Positions 8,648 to 18,497 of a DNA stretch of 64,000 nt are shown here, in pieces (position 1 is the stretch's first letter; each line of letters starts with the position of its first letter). The stretch comes from Ignavibacteria bacterium RIFOXYC2_FULL_35_21 (lineage in GTDB: Bacteria; Bacteroidota; Ignavibacteria; Kapaibacteriales; UBA2268), in NCBI GenBank assembly GCA_001804705.1, contig MHAY01000038.1, positions 1,738 to 65,737 on the forward strand. The letters run 5' to 3'. The notes beneath the pieces are model-generated. The model saw only the letters and a program-made list of their open reading frames with translations, was not told where the DNA came from and made no database searches. The translations under genes were made by a program, and so were the position numbers.

Positions 8648-10557
8648 CATTAGATTCAAAAATTCCTTCAGGCCCACTAAAAGACAAGTGGGACAAGCAC
8701 AAATTTGAAATGAAGCTTGTCAATGCTGCTAATAAGAGAAAATACAAAGCAATCGTAGTCGGTACAGGCCTGGCTGGTGCTTCTGCCGCCGCATCCCTTG
8801 CAGAGCTTGGTTATGTTGTTGAAGCATTCACTTATAATGACAGTCCTCGCAGAGCGCACAGCATTGCCGCCCAGGGAGGCATAAATGCCGCAAAGAACTA
8901 TCCGAATGATGGAGACAGCATTTGGAGACTGTTCTACGATACTGTTAAAGGTGGAGATTTCCGTGCAAGAGAAGCTAATGTTTACAGACTTGCACAAGTA
9001 AGTAATAATATCATTGACCAATGTGTGGCTCAGGGAGTGCCGTTCGCCAGAGAATACGGCGGATTGCTCGACAACAGGTCATTCGGAGGAGCACAAGTAT
9101 CGAGAACATTTTATGCGAGAGGTCAAACGGGACAGCAATTATTGCTCGGTGCTTATTCTGCTTTAAGCCGAGCAATTGGAAAGAAACAGGTTACAATGCA
9201 CAATAGAAAAGAAATGCTCGACCTTGTCATAATTGATGGTAAGGCACGTGGTATTGTAACAAGAGATTTAGTTAACGGTAAGATAGAATCGTTTTGGGCT
9301 GATGCAGTCATAATCGCTACCGGTGGCTATGGTAATGTATTCTTCCTTTCGACAAATGCACAGGCGTGTAATGTAACTGCCACCTATAGGACATATAAAA
9401 AAGGGGCATTGTTTGCAAATCCTTGTTATACTCAGATTCACCCGACTTGTATTCCACTAAGTGGTGAACATCAATCGAAATTAACCTTGATGTCGGAATC
9501 TTTGAGAAATGACGGTAGAATTTGGGTGCCGAAAAATAAAGGTGATAAACGCAAACCAAATGAGATACCAGAAGAAGAAAGAGACTATTATCTCGAAAGA
9601 AAATATCCGAGTTTCGGAAATTTGGCACCCAGGGATATTTCTTCTCGTTCTGCAAAGGAAGTTTGCGATGAGGGCAGAGGTGTAAGTGCGACTGGTTTTG
9701 GAGTATATCTTGATTTTACTGATTCGATTAATAGACTAGGTAAAAAGGTAATCGAGGAAAGATATGGGAATCTTTTTGAGATGTATGAAAGAATTGTAGG
9801 AGAAGACCCATATAAAACCCCGATGATGATTTATCCAGCATCCCATTACACGATGGGTGGATTGTGGGTAGATTATAATTTGATGAGTACCATACCCGGA
9901 CTTCATATTCTCGGTGAAGCCAACTTTTCCGACCATGGGGCAAACAGGCTTGGAGCAAGTGCCCTTATGCAAGGACTTGCTGACGGTTACTTTGTTATAC
10001 CTTATACAATCGGAGATTACTTTGCGAGAAATAAATTCGATAAAGTCAGCATTGACCATCCCGAATTCAAGAAAACCGAATCTGAAGTAATTGAGAAGAC
10101 AAATAAGCTCCTTTCAATCAAAGGTAAAAAGACTCCGACAATGTTCCATCGCGAGCTTGGAAAAGTCTTGTGGGAATACTGCGGTATGGGAAGAAACGAA
10201 GCCGGATTGAAGAAAGCACTCGAGCTTGTTCCTAAGATTCGTGAAGAATTTTGGCAGAACCTGACAATTGTCGGCGAGAGTAATGATTTGAACATGTCTC
10301 TTGAAAAGGCGGGCAGAGTTGCTGACTTCCTTGAGTTTGCCGAGGTACTTTTGTGGGATGCTCTTGAAAGAGATGAATCCTGCGGGGCTCATTTCAGAGA
10401 GGAACATCAGTATCCGGATGGAGAAGCAAAACGGGATGATGAGCATTTTGCTCATGTAGCGGCGTGGGAATTTACGGGTGTCGGTAACAAACCTGTCAGG
10501 CATGTCGAGCCGCTTGTATTCGAGAATGTACAATTAGCCTTGAGGAGCTACAAATGA
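8644..10557 (+). CDS. sdhA: Succinate dehydrogenase/fumarate reductase flavoprotein subunit
   Basis: Start moved to MTLDSK (ATG 8644, overlapping the sdhC stop). FAD motif [27 protein letters not shown], and the HPT and HYTMGG motifs. Confidence 0.95.
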   Translation: MTLDSKIPSGPLKDKWDKHKFEMKLVNAANKRKYKAIVVGTGLAGASAAASLAELGYVVEAFTYNDSPRRAHSIAAQGGINAAKNYPNDGDSIWRLFYDTVKGGDFRAREANVYRLAQVSNNIIDQCVAQGVPFAREYGGLLDNRSFGGAQVSRTFYARGQTGQQLLLGAYSALSRAIGKKQVTMHNRKEMLDLVIIDGKARGIVTRDLVNGKIESFWADAVIIATGGYGNVFFLSTNAQACNVTATYRTYKKGALFANPCYTQIHPTCIPLSGEHQSKLTLMSESLRNDGRIWVPKNKGDKRKPNEIPEEERDYYLERKYPSFGNLAPRDISSRSAKEVCDEGRGVSATGFGVYLDFTDSINRLGKKVIEERYGNLFEMYERIVGEDPYKTPMMIYPASHYTMGGLWVDYNLMSTIPGLHILGEANFSDHGANRLGASALMQGLADGYFVIPYTIGDYFARNKFDKVSIDHPEFKKTESEVIEKTNKLLSIKGKKTPTMFHRELGKVLWEYCGMGRNEAGLKKALELVPKIREEFWQNLTIVGESNDLNMSLEKAGRVADFLEFAEVLLWDALERDESCGAHFREEHQYPDGEAKRDDEHFAHVAAWEFTGVGNKPVRHVEPLVFENVQLALRSYK

Positions 10558-11309
10558 GATTAAAACTATTTATTTGGAGACAGAAAAATGCTCAGGATAA
10601 AGGGCACATGGAAAAATATCCGGTTGACGATGTACAAGAAGACATGTCTTTTCTTGAAATGCTTGATGTATTGAATGAAAAGTTGATTCTCGAAGGTAAA
10701 GAACCTGTAGCATTTGACCATGACTGCCGTGAAGGAATTTGCGGTGCTTGTTCGCTAACCATTAATGGTATTCCACACGGACATGAAAAAGGAACAACAA
10801 CTTGTCAACTTCACATGAGGAAATTTAAGGATGGTGATACTATCTATATCGAACCATTCAGGGCAAAGGCATTCCCTGTGATTAAAGACCTTGTCGTTGA
10901 CCGCAGTGCATTTGAAAGAATAATGCAGGCAGGGGGTTTCATAAGCGTAAACACAGGTAATGCAATAGAAGCTAATTCCCTTCCAATACCTAAAAAGAAT
11001 GCAGAATTAGCAATGGATGCCGCTCAGTGTATCGGCTGTGGTGCGTGTGTTGCAGCATGTCCTAATGCTGCGGCTATGTTGTTCGTATCGGCTAAGGTAA
11101 GCCAATTTGCATTACTGCCACAGGGACAACCTGAGAGAAAAAGACGCGTTCTAGCAATGGTAAATCAAATGGAAAAAGAAGGATTCGGTGCTTGCACTAA
11201 CTTTTATGAATGTGAAGCGGCATGCCCCAAACAGATTTCTGTTAGATTTATTGCTATGATGAACAGGGATTATCTATGTTCAAGAGTATCAGAGCCTGTT
11301 GAAGTATAA
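10554..11309 (+). CDS. sdhB: Succinate dehydrogenase/fumarate reductase iron-sulfur subunit
   Basis: CREGICGAC and [12 protein letters not shown]...CPK cluster motifs. ATGA overlap with sdhA. Confidence 0.95.
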   Translation: MRLKLFIWRQKNAQDKGHMEKYPVDDVQEDMSFLEMLDVLNEKLILEGKEPVAFDHDCREGICGACSLTINGIPHGHEKGTTTCQLHMRKFKDGDTIYIEPFRAKAFPVIKDLVVDRSAFERIMQAGGFISVNTGNAIEANSLPIPKKNAELAMDAAQCIGCGACVAACPNAAAMLFVSAKVSQFALLPQGQPERKRRVLAMVNQMEKEGFGACTNFYECEAACPKQISVRFIAMMNRDYLCSRVSEPVEV

Positions 11310-11331
11310 GATGCTTTTTCAATAATCGTAA

Positions 11332-11367
11332 GCCACTGTATATTATGGATATGCAGTGGTTTTTTTT
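11332..11367 (+). terminator. Intrinsic terminator after sdhB
   Basis: gccactg...cagtggt hairpin followed by T8. Confidence 0.7.
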
Positions 11368-11432
11368 ATCTTGATATGAACTGAATTATTACGTAATTTT
11401 GAATAAAAATATGTACTAAGCTGATAATATCG

Positions 11433-11747
11433 TTGATGTTAAAAGATGTAAATAATATTGAGTTAGCACTTGAACCAACATTGTTTTGGGATGTTGATTT
11501 GAAAAAAATTGACTTTAACAAATATTCAAATCAGGTTATTAGTAAAGTGATAATGTATGGAAATCTTTCAGACTGGTTTGAAATAAAAAGGTATTATGGT
11601 TTGGATAAGATAAAAGAGGCCGCTCTTCAATTACGTTATCTCGATAAATTAACCTTAAATTTTTGTTCATGGTATTTCAACATTCCAAAGGAACAGTTCA
11701 GATGTTACAATACACAGCAATCAGTGAAGGAACACTGGGATTATTAA
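11433..11747 (+). CDS. Small protein paired with the AbiEii-type nucleotidyltransferase (putative antitoxin/partner)
   Basis: 104-aa ORF immediately upstream of, and overlapping, the NTase gene. No motif recognised. Confidence 0.5.
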   Translation: MMLKDVNNIELALEPTLFWDVDLKKIDFNKYSNQVISKVIMYGNLSDWFEIKRYYGLDKIKEAALQLRYLDKLTLNFCSWYFNIPKEQFRCYNTQQSVKEHWDY

Positions 11748-12334
11748 AACAGCTAATGTTTGAACCTGCCTTATCTGATTTTTATCTGGTAGGTGGGACA
11801 GCATTATCACTATGGTTAGGGCATAGAAAATCATTTGATATTGATATGTTCACGCAAAAGGAGTTTGATGCTGAACATTTGCGTTTTTCCCTTGAAGGTA
11901 TTTTGAACATGAAAGAAAAAAAACATCAAACTAATACATTAAGATTTAATGCGGAATTTCCTATGAGTTCTGATAATTGGATAAAAGTTGAATTGATAAG
12001 ATATAACTATCCCAATCTTTTGCCGATTGTTGAAGAAGATGGGATCAGGCTATTATCAATCGAAGATATAATTCCGATGAAATTATCTTCCATTGTCAAT
12101 CGTGGTGTAAAAAGGGATTTTTATGACATTTATTTTTTACTTGAAAAATTTTCAATTTTAGAAATGATGGAATTATATGATAAAAAGTTTCAGAAGAATA
12201 ATCATCTGCATGTACTGAAAAGCCTGACCTATTTTGATGATGCAGATACAGAAGATGAACCTGTTTTATTAAAAAAAACTGATTGGTTAAATGTGAAAAA
12301 TAGAATTATTGATTCCGTAAAAATATTGATATAG
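11702..12334 (+). CDS. Nucleotidyltransferase, AbiEii/AbiGii toxin-like family
   Basis: LVGGTALSLWLGHRKSFDIDMF (GG...S.DxD NTase core). Start placed at MLQYTAISEG (ATG 11702). Confidence 0.65.
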   Translation: MLQYTAISEGTLGLLKQLMFEPALSDFYLVGGTALSLWLGHRKSFDIDMFTQKEFDAEHLRFSLEGILNMKEKKHQTNTLRFNAEFPMSSDNWIKVELIRYNYPNLLPIVEEDGIRLLSIEDIIPMKLSSIVNRGVKRDFYDIYFLLEKFSILEMMELYDKKFQKNNHLHVLKSLTYFDDADTEDEPVLLKKTDWLNVKNRIIDSVKILI

Positions 12335-12339
12335 ATTTT

Positions 12340-12912
12340 TTATTTATTCTCTTCCTGTCTTTCACGGAATTTATATTCTCTCAAGATATTCAGCATATCT
12401 TCTTCCCAAGAGAGCTTTGGTGTTTCTACAATTCTTCCTATTTCCTCGCCTTCAACTTCCAAAACTAAAGTCGGGACTTTTTCAATTTTGTATTCTTTTG
12501 CTACACCGGAAGGTTCATCTTTCTGACGGTCAACTCCGTATAGGAAAATTTTATCGGGGAAAATTCCCGCACCGGTGATTAATTTATATATTTTCGGAAG
12601 TTCCGTTTCTGAATCACTGCACCAGGAGCCGGCAAATATTATGAAATCTACACCGTAGTTGGTTGACATATCGGAAATTTCATTTGCTCTTTTCATATTA
12701 GGCATATATGTCGGGGCACTATAACTTTCCCATCCTGCATCTTCCTGCCACTCTTCCCATGTTAAGTGGCCTACAATCATTGGTTTTCCGTTTTCATCAT
12801 ATTCAATCGAATACTTCGAACTCGAACATGAAACGATAATAATCGAAAAAAGTACCAGACAAAATAATTTGTATGTGTTATGAATAACTGATTTCATTTC
12901 TTTACTTCTCAT
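12340..12912 (-). CDS. Thioredoxin-fold lipoprotein (single-Cys WCSDS motif)
   Basis: Signal peptide with lipobox-like IIVSC. FAGSWCSDSETELPK replaces the usual WCxxC. Confidence 0.6.
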   Translation of the reverse strand: MRSKEMKSVIHNTYKLFCLVLFSIIIVSCSSSKYSIEYDENGKPMIVGHLTWEEWQEDAGWESYSAPTYMPNMKRANEISDMSTNYGVDFIIFAGSWCSDSETELPKIYKLITGAGIFPDKIFLYGVDRQKDEPSGVAKEYKIEKVPTLVLEVEGEEIGRIVETPKLSWEEDMLNILREYKFRERQEENK

Positions 12913-12960
12913 TTTATTTTTACTTATTAATTTCTACAACACTAAAAACAATATAATATT

Positions 12961-14283
12961 TTACTTTCCCGCTTTTCCTGTTAAATTATCCAATATTTGT
13001 GCCAGTTTTTTTGCAGCTTCCCTTCTTTCGTATGTTTTAATTAATTCTATGTTGGGAGAATAAGACCAATTCTTGCTTTTCCATTGTTTGTAATAATCTT
13101 TTATTATTTCTGAAATTCCATTAACATCGGATTGATGCGCGACTTTTCCGCTTTGTGTATCAAGCATAAGTTTGGCAATTGCACTATCCCTTGGTGCAAC
13201 TGCAATAATTGGTTTCATCACACCAATATATTCATAAACTTTACCCGGAACAATCTCCTCACTTTCTTTAGCTTCATCAACAACGAGAAGTAATGCATCT
13301 GATTGCAGCAATAATTTTATGCTTTCGGAATGAGGTATGTATGAAATTATTTCGATTGAATCTCTGAAAGAAGTATTTCTGAACATTTCCTCTACTTCAG
13401 CACCAAACCTGCCAACAAACCTGAGATGAAGTTCATCAGGCTTTATGATTCCTTCTTTAATTAATTTTTCAATTGCCTCAAAAAAGCTGGATGGATTTCT
13501 TCTGCCATACATAGAGCCGCTGTATGTAATAGTGAATTTATCATTCTCCTTTTTCTCGACTTTTGGAAAATCTGATGAATCAAATCCATTAGGTACATGG
13601 TAGAATTTATCTTTATTGAGTAAAGGATATTTTCCCATTGCATCTTTGATAATTCCTTCCCATGCACATTCGACAGCATCAGCTTCGGTAAAGACAGAAC
13701 ACTCCATTCTTATATCAAACAAGTCAGGAAGAAACCAACGTCTGGGTGCTGTGAGAAATCCTCTCCATGGGTCACGAAATCCCGCTATCCATGGGACATT
13801 ATACAATCGTTTAAATTTTCTTGCAATGAGAGAACAAGTATAAGGTGGTGAGGAACTATAAACAGCATCTATCTTGTATTCTTTCTGAATTTTTTTTATT
13901 GCTTTATTTGCCGTCAGACGCCAGGCTGTTCTTGCATCGGGAATGAAAAAAGTAGCACGAATAAATTCAGCTATTTTATCTTTGAAACTTAATTTCTGGC
14001 TTTCCTTTTTTATTACATTAACATCAATCGCCCCTTTTTTTCTACCTATAAAGAAACGATATAAGTCATAAGGTTCGTAGATATGAGTTCTCACAACAAT
14101 CGTTGATATAGGTACCTGCGATAATAAAGATTCATCAACAGCAGGAAATTGCCCGTTTGATACTGTCAGGACAATAGGCTGCCATCCAAACTCAGGCAGA
14201 TACTTCACATGCTTCAGCACACGCTGAACACCCGGACCACCCGAAGGAGGAAAATAATATGCTATGATTAATAGATTTTTCAT
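12961..14283 (-). CDS. Glycosyltransferase (GT-B, GT4-like)
   Basis: N-terminal YFPPSGGPGVQR and C-terminal E-x7-E-like EEIVPGKVYEY. Confidence 0.7.
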   Translation of the reverse strand: MKNLLIIAYYFPPSGGPGVQRVLKHVKYLPEFGWQPIVLTVSNGQFPAVDESLLSQVPISTIVVRTHIYEPYDLYRFFIGRKKGAIDVNVIKKESQKLSFKDKIAEFIRATFFIPDARTAWRLTANKAIKKIQKEYKIDAVYSSSPPYTCSLIARKFKRLYNVPWIAGFRDPWRGFLTAPRRWFLPDLFDIRMECSVFTEADAVECAWEGIIKDAMGKYPLLNKDKFYHVPNGFDSSDFPKVEKKENDKFTITYSGSMYGRRNPSSFFEAIEKLIKEGIIKPDELHLRFVGRFGAEVEEMFRNTSFRDSIEIISYIPHSESIKLLLQSDALLLVVDEAKESEEIVPGKVYEYIGVMKPIIAVAPRDSAIAKLMLDTQSGKVAHQSDVNGISEIIKDYYKQWKSKNWSYSPNIELIKTYERREAAKKLAQILDNLTGKAGK

Positions 14284-14310
14284 TCCTATTAATTATTTAT
14301 AATTCACGGT

Positions 14311-15753
14311 TCAATTTTTATTTCTCTTAGTATTTTTTATCTTTTTAATTGCTTTTTCACTTAAATAGTATTTCCCCGTTTTTAATGGTCCAATATATTC
14401 TATATACTCGATTTTCTTCAAAAAAGCCAAGTCAATGTCAATTGTTCTATCTGATACATCTATATTTTTAGCGAATTCTTCACCAGTTGTAAATTTATCA
14501 GTATAAATTGACTCGAGTATTTTAATTATTCTGTCTAATCTTTTACCTTTTAAAGCGAAATTTAAAGCGAAATTTAAAGCGAAATTTTTAGGGAAAATTT
14601 CGCTATAAAATTCTTTATTTTTTTCGATATTTATACTAACTATTCTTTTAAATATAACAGTAAAAAAATTATTATAATTGAATTCAGCTTTAGGGAGTTT
14701 CAGATTTTTTAGTGCCATTTGAATTCGATTGATACCTGTACCAAGCATTTCGATATACCCTGCTCTCAACATTAATGAAGCAAGTATTGGGTTTCGTGTT
14801 ACACTAATTCGTCCAAATTCAGATGGGTCTAAACCTTTTGGCAATCCCCCCGGATTTGTAATTACTAACCTATCATCAAATATTTCAATCTTAACATTCG
14901 CACCTTTTTCAAAATAATCTCTGTGAATAACAGAGTTAACAACTGCTTCACGAAGCGCTGTTTCAGGTATTTCAAGCGATTCTTCTCTTTGGATACTCTT
15001 AATTGTATAACTTAAATTTAAGTGTTTTTTAAGAAATGTGATTGAATCTTCAACGTTTGATATAATATCTGAATTAAAATCTTTTCTATCAAGTATATTT
15101 ACTTTTTCAATACCTTTATATAGAACACAGGTTACTTTTGATTGAATAATGAAATTTTCAGGATTTTTTGCAAAAAATAATATGCCTGCATTATTTAATG
15201 AATGCTTATTATTTTCTTGCTTTATTAAATCAAGATTTTTCAAAACATCAATAGCTTTATAACTTCTAGATATACCGCAAAGCTTTAAAAAATGAAAAAA
15301 AGAATTATTGTCAAAATCACTCTTAAAATTGAATTTATCGTTGAATAATTCATCAAATCTTATTTTACCTTCATTTTGTATAAAGGCAATTATATCATTC
15401 CTGTTCATCTTTTGAGAATTGGCTCCAACTCTTAGAAAGAAACCTTCGGAACAACGATATGGTTTATCTAATCCTTCTTTTATATTAATTATAACTATGT
15501 TTTGATATTTTTCAATCTGAATGTTAACAGGTGGGTCGCAATTATTAGCTATATCCTGAATTTGCGATTTAATTTTATTATTTAACTCATATCCTATTAT
15601 CTTTCCTTTATCATTGACACCAAGAAAAACTCTTCCTCCAGATGAATTAGCAAAGGCAACCAATTCTTTAGATAAATTTGAAAGAGACTCCTTAAACTCG
15701 ATTTTGTAGCCTTCACCTTCTTCGATAAAAATATTTAATTCGTTTACTGTCAT
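14311..15753 (-). CDS. AlbA_2 (Schlafen-like) plus HATPase_c_4 ATP-binding putative DNA-binding regulator with C-terminal wHTH
   Basis: EGEGYKIEFKESL...AFANSSGGRVFLGVND, then ALREAVVNSVIHRDY...ITNPGGLP. The C-terminal ~70 aa are HTH-like. Confidence 0.7.
   Translation of the reverse strand: MTVNELNIFIEEGEGYKIEFKESLSNLSKELVAFANSSGGRVFLGVNDKGKIIGYELNNKIKSQIQDIANNCDPPVNIQIEKYQNIVIINIKEGLDKPYRCSEGFFLRVGANSQKMNRNDIIAFIQNEGKIRFDELFNDKFNFKSDFDNNSFFHFLKLCGISRSYKAIDVLKNLDLIKQENNKHSLNNAGILFFAKNPENFIIQSKVTCVLYKGIEKVNILDRKDFNSDIISNVEDSITFLKKHLNLSYTIKSIQREESLEIPETALREAVVNSVIHRDYFEKGANVKIEIFDDRLVITNPGGLPKGLDPSEFGRISVTRNPILASLMLRAGYIEMLGTGINRIQMALKNLKLPKAEFNYNNFFTVIFKRIVSINIEKNKEFYSEIFPKNFALNFALNFALKGKRLDRIIKILESIYTDKFTTGEEFAKNIDVSDRTIDIDLAFLKKIEYIEYIGPLKTGKYYLSEKAIKKIKNTKRNKN
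14551..14586. repeat. In-frame 12-bp x3 tandem repeat (NFAL x3) inside the AlbA_2 gene
   Basis: taaagcgaaatt repeated three times exactly. Translates as FPKNFALNFALNFALKG. Confidence 0.9.
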
Positions 15754-15779
15754 TTTAAATTAATACTTCTTTTATACTT

Positions 15780-16214
15780 TCATACAATCTCAATACAATT
15801 CTGTGCTGTTGCTATTATTTCTTCAAGTTCTTTATTTTCGTTGCCTAATATTTTTACTATTCTTTCAGTTGAGATACATTTGATTTGATAGCAGTTCACT
15901 GCAATTTTTACATTCAATCCGTTTTGTTTATTTGGTACAAGTTTGTACAGCCACCAAATTTTATCAAAATCATTTTTCCATGTTGTGATAGGTGCAACTA
16001 TTTTTAAATCCAAACCCACAGCAAAATTGCCATTAATAATAATTGCAGGTCTGATTTTTTTTATATTCATGTTATTTTTATCACTCTTCGATAAACTCAG
16101 AGTGACGCCAGGGTTTGTCATACTGAGCCTGTCGAAGTATGACCCTCCAATTGTCGGATTGAAATCAATTAGACAAATATCTCCCTGCTTTACTTCGATA
16201 GACTTGGATTTCAT
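15780..16214 (-). CDS. PemK/MazF-fold toxin carrying a 21-codon in-frame repeat insertion
   Basis: KQGDICLIDFNPTIGG...KKIRPAIIINGN...VAPITT. 4-nt overlap with the upstream RHH gene. Confidence 0.7.
   Translation of the reverse strand: MKSKSIEVKQGDICLIDFNPTIGGSYFDRLSMTNPGVTLSLSKSDKNNMNIKKIRPAIIINGNFAVGLDLKIVAPITTWKNDFDKIWWLYKLVPNKQNGLNVKIAVNCYQIKCISTERIVKILGNENKELEEIIATAQNCIEIV
16081..16143. mobile_element. 63-bp double-hairpin repeat element inserted in frame in the toxin gene
   Basis: The reverse complement matches 62927..62989 perfectly over both arms (27+26 nt). Only the 10-nt spacer differs. Confidence 0.85.
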
Positions 16215-16495
16215 TCTATCCCATTGTCAATTTCATCAACTAATAAATCTTTTTTGTGTTTATTATAATAAGGCATTGATTCTTCTGTCATTTGTATTAA
16301 TAAAGAAGCCCTTATTTCCTTTGGTAATTTTCTCAGGTCTTTTGCACTCAGTTTTCTTGAATTTAGCTCTTTATTTACAAGTTCTTTTACAACTTGCGAT
16401 AAAGGTTTATTATCAATTGTAGATAATAAATTGAATTTATCTTTTTCCTCTTTAGTAACTCTAATCGCTATCATAGATGAATTTATAGTTTGCAT
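16211..16495 (-). CDS. Ribbon-helix-helix-type antitoxin candidate
   Basis: MQTINSSMIAIRVTKEEKDKF (beta strand plus helix start typical of RHH/CopG). ATGA overlap with the toxin. Start moved to ATG 16495. Confidence 0.55.
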   Translation of the reverse strand: MQTINSSMIAIRVTKEEKDKFNLLSTIDNKPLSQVVKELVNKELNSRKLSAKDLRKLPKEIRASLLIQMTEESMPYYNKHKKDLLVDEIDNGIE

Positions 16496-16715
16496 ATTTT
16501 CTCTTTTTGTATTTATGTATATACATATATACAAATATACAAAACTTCCAATTTCTAATTTTCAATTTTAATGAATTTTCAATGATAAAATTTACAAATA
16601 AATTTCGCTTCCCGATATAGTAAATGGGAAAAAGTCTTAAAGTTCATTTTTGTTTAAAAATTAAATATTAAAAAATTCCTTGAAAATTATAAATTGAAAA
16701 TTATAAATTCTTATT

Positions 16716-17801
16716 CTATCCGTGTCTCACATGCAAAATATCTCCATCCTTCACTAAGTACTCCTTGCCTTCGAGCCGAAATACGCCATGTTCCTTGCAC
16801 TTTGCAAATGTTTTGTATTTCATAAAATCTTCATAATGTGTTACTTCTGCCCTGATGAATTTATTGAAAAAGTCTGTGTGAATTGTTCCGGCGGCTACCT
16901 GTGCATTGTCTCCTTCATGAATTGTCCATGCACGGCATTCATCTTCACCTACCGTGAAAAAAGACTGCAACCCGAGCAATCTGTATGCACTGCGAATAAG
17001 CCTTGAAAGAGCAGACTCTTTAATACCGTATTCTTCCATAAACATTTTTTTCTCATCTTCTTCAAGAGAAACAAGTTCTCTTTCGATTTTCGCAAAGAAA
17101 GGTTCAATTCGGATTTTCTTACCCTTTATATTTTGTCTTAATTGTTCAATGATTCCATCAGCCAGTGAAATATCCTTTTCGTCGAAGTTAACTGCAATTA
17201 ATAGAGGCTTTGAAGTCAGTGGCTGATAATTCTTGAGTAATAAAATCTCATCATCGTGCATTTCTCTTTCTCTTAATGGAGTACCTTTTTCCAGAGTATC
17301 GTTCCATTTTTTCATGATTTCTTTTTCTTTTAAAGCCTGCTCCTTCGTTTTCTGTTTGCCCATCTCTCTTTCTAATTTTTCGAGACGTCCTTCGATGAAA
17401 GCAAGGTCGGCAAATAATAACTCATCTTCGAAAATTTTAATGTCTCTCAAAACATCAATACTGCCCTCGACGTGAGGTATGCTCTCGTCTTCAAAGGCTC
17501 TGACTACATGAATCAGTGCATCGTTGTTTCTTACTTTTGTCAGAAACGCTATGTTAAACATGGAGCCGGCTTTCTCGCCTTTCTGCACACCGACCAAATC
17601 AACGATTTCGATTGTTGCATTGACTTTCTTTTTCGGCTGAAATATTTCGGTTAGTGCATCTAATCTTTTATCCTGCACTTTGACGGTTGCAATGTTTATC
17701 TCTCTTTTTTGGAGAGCGTGCTGGTCGAACTGAGTTTCAGTCAAAGTCTGAAAGAAAGTTGTTTTGCCTGAATAGGGAAGTCCCACAATTGCTATTTGCA
17801 T
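16716..17801 (-). CDS. ychF: Redox-regulated ribosome-binding ATPase YchF
   Basis: IVGLPYSGKTTFF P-loop, TGS-like C-terminus, typical ~360 aa. Confidence 0.9.
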   Translation of the reverse strand: MQIAIVGLPYSGKTTFFQTLTETQFDQHALQKREINIATVKVQDKRLDALTEIFQPKKKVNATIEIVDLVGVQKGEKAGSMFNIAFLTKVRNNDALIHVVRAFEDESIPHVEGSIDVLRDIKIFEDELLFADLAFIEGRLEKLEREMGKQKTKEQALKEKEIMKKWNDTLEKGTPLREREMHDDEILLLKNYQPLTSKPLLIAVNFDEKDISLADGIIEQLRQNIKGKKIRIEPFFAKIERELVSLEEDEKKMFMEEYGIKESALSRLIRSAYRLLGLQSFFTVGEDECRAWTIHEGDNAQVAAGTIHTDFFNKFIRAEVTHYEDFMKYKTFAKCKEHGVFRLEGKEYLVKDGDILHVRHG

Positions 17802-17922
17802 GGTTAATAACCTTTATTGATTTATATTTTTCTAATATTTCAAAGTAAAACAATTCTCTTTTGATTGCAAAAGAATTTAATTAAATTTAGTTAACTATTT
17901 TAATTCTAATTAGAGTAATAAT

Positions 17923-18420
17923 ATGAAAAATACTATTTTTACATTTCTTTTTGTATTTTTTACATTTTTTAATCTATATTCATCAGAAAAAACCTATACT
18001 CATTCTATCAGTGTTTATACCGGTTCAGTTTTATGGTATCAAAAATCACCGACAAATTTATCGTTTGGTGTTAATTATGAATATCTACCATTTAATAAAA
18101 CTCCGCTTGGTGTTGGTTTATCAGGTGAGTATCGTGGTGGCAGCGATAGTTATGGTCTAATATCAATCCCTCTATATTATCATTTATTTGAAAACACAAA
18201 AATATGGCTTGCACCTTCGATTTTCATAGGTGATGATAAAACTAGTGAAACCTTAGACTATGTAGAACCTAGAAATGTAAAGGAACTATTTTTGATGAGG
18301 CTCGGTGTTAGTACAGGATTTAATATTGACTGGCTCTATATTTCACCAGTAATTAATATTGGGTTGCCGGTTGATAAAGTCCTTTTATTTGTTGGATTAA
18401 ATTTTGAAGTTAGAATATAA
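17923..18420 (+). CDS. Small signal-peptide protein, probable outer-membrane beta-barrel
   Basis: Signal peptide and alternating hydrophobic pattern. No family recognised. Confidence 0.4.
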   Translation: MKNTIFTFLFVFFTFFNLYSSEKTYTHSISVYTGSVLWYQKSPTNLSFGVNYEYLPFNKTPLGVGLSGEYRGGSDSYGLISIPLYYHLFENTKIWLAPSIFIGDDKTSETLDYVEPRNVKELFLMRLGVSTGFNIDWLYISPVINIGLPVDKVLLFVGLNFEVRI

Positions 18421-18497
18421 ATTAAATTTAGTAAAATGGTAAAAATATTTATAAATGTGTTGCAAAGCATATAATAAAATAAATTTTCGTAGAAAAT

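Noticed and set aside
11663-11701. Upstream start of the AbiEii-like gene at 11663
   Set aside because: The first 13 codons overlap the partner gene and add a hydrophobic, non-conserved-looking stretch. MLQYTAISEG at 11702 is preferred, though this is not proven.
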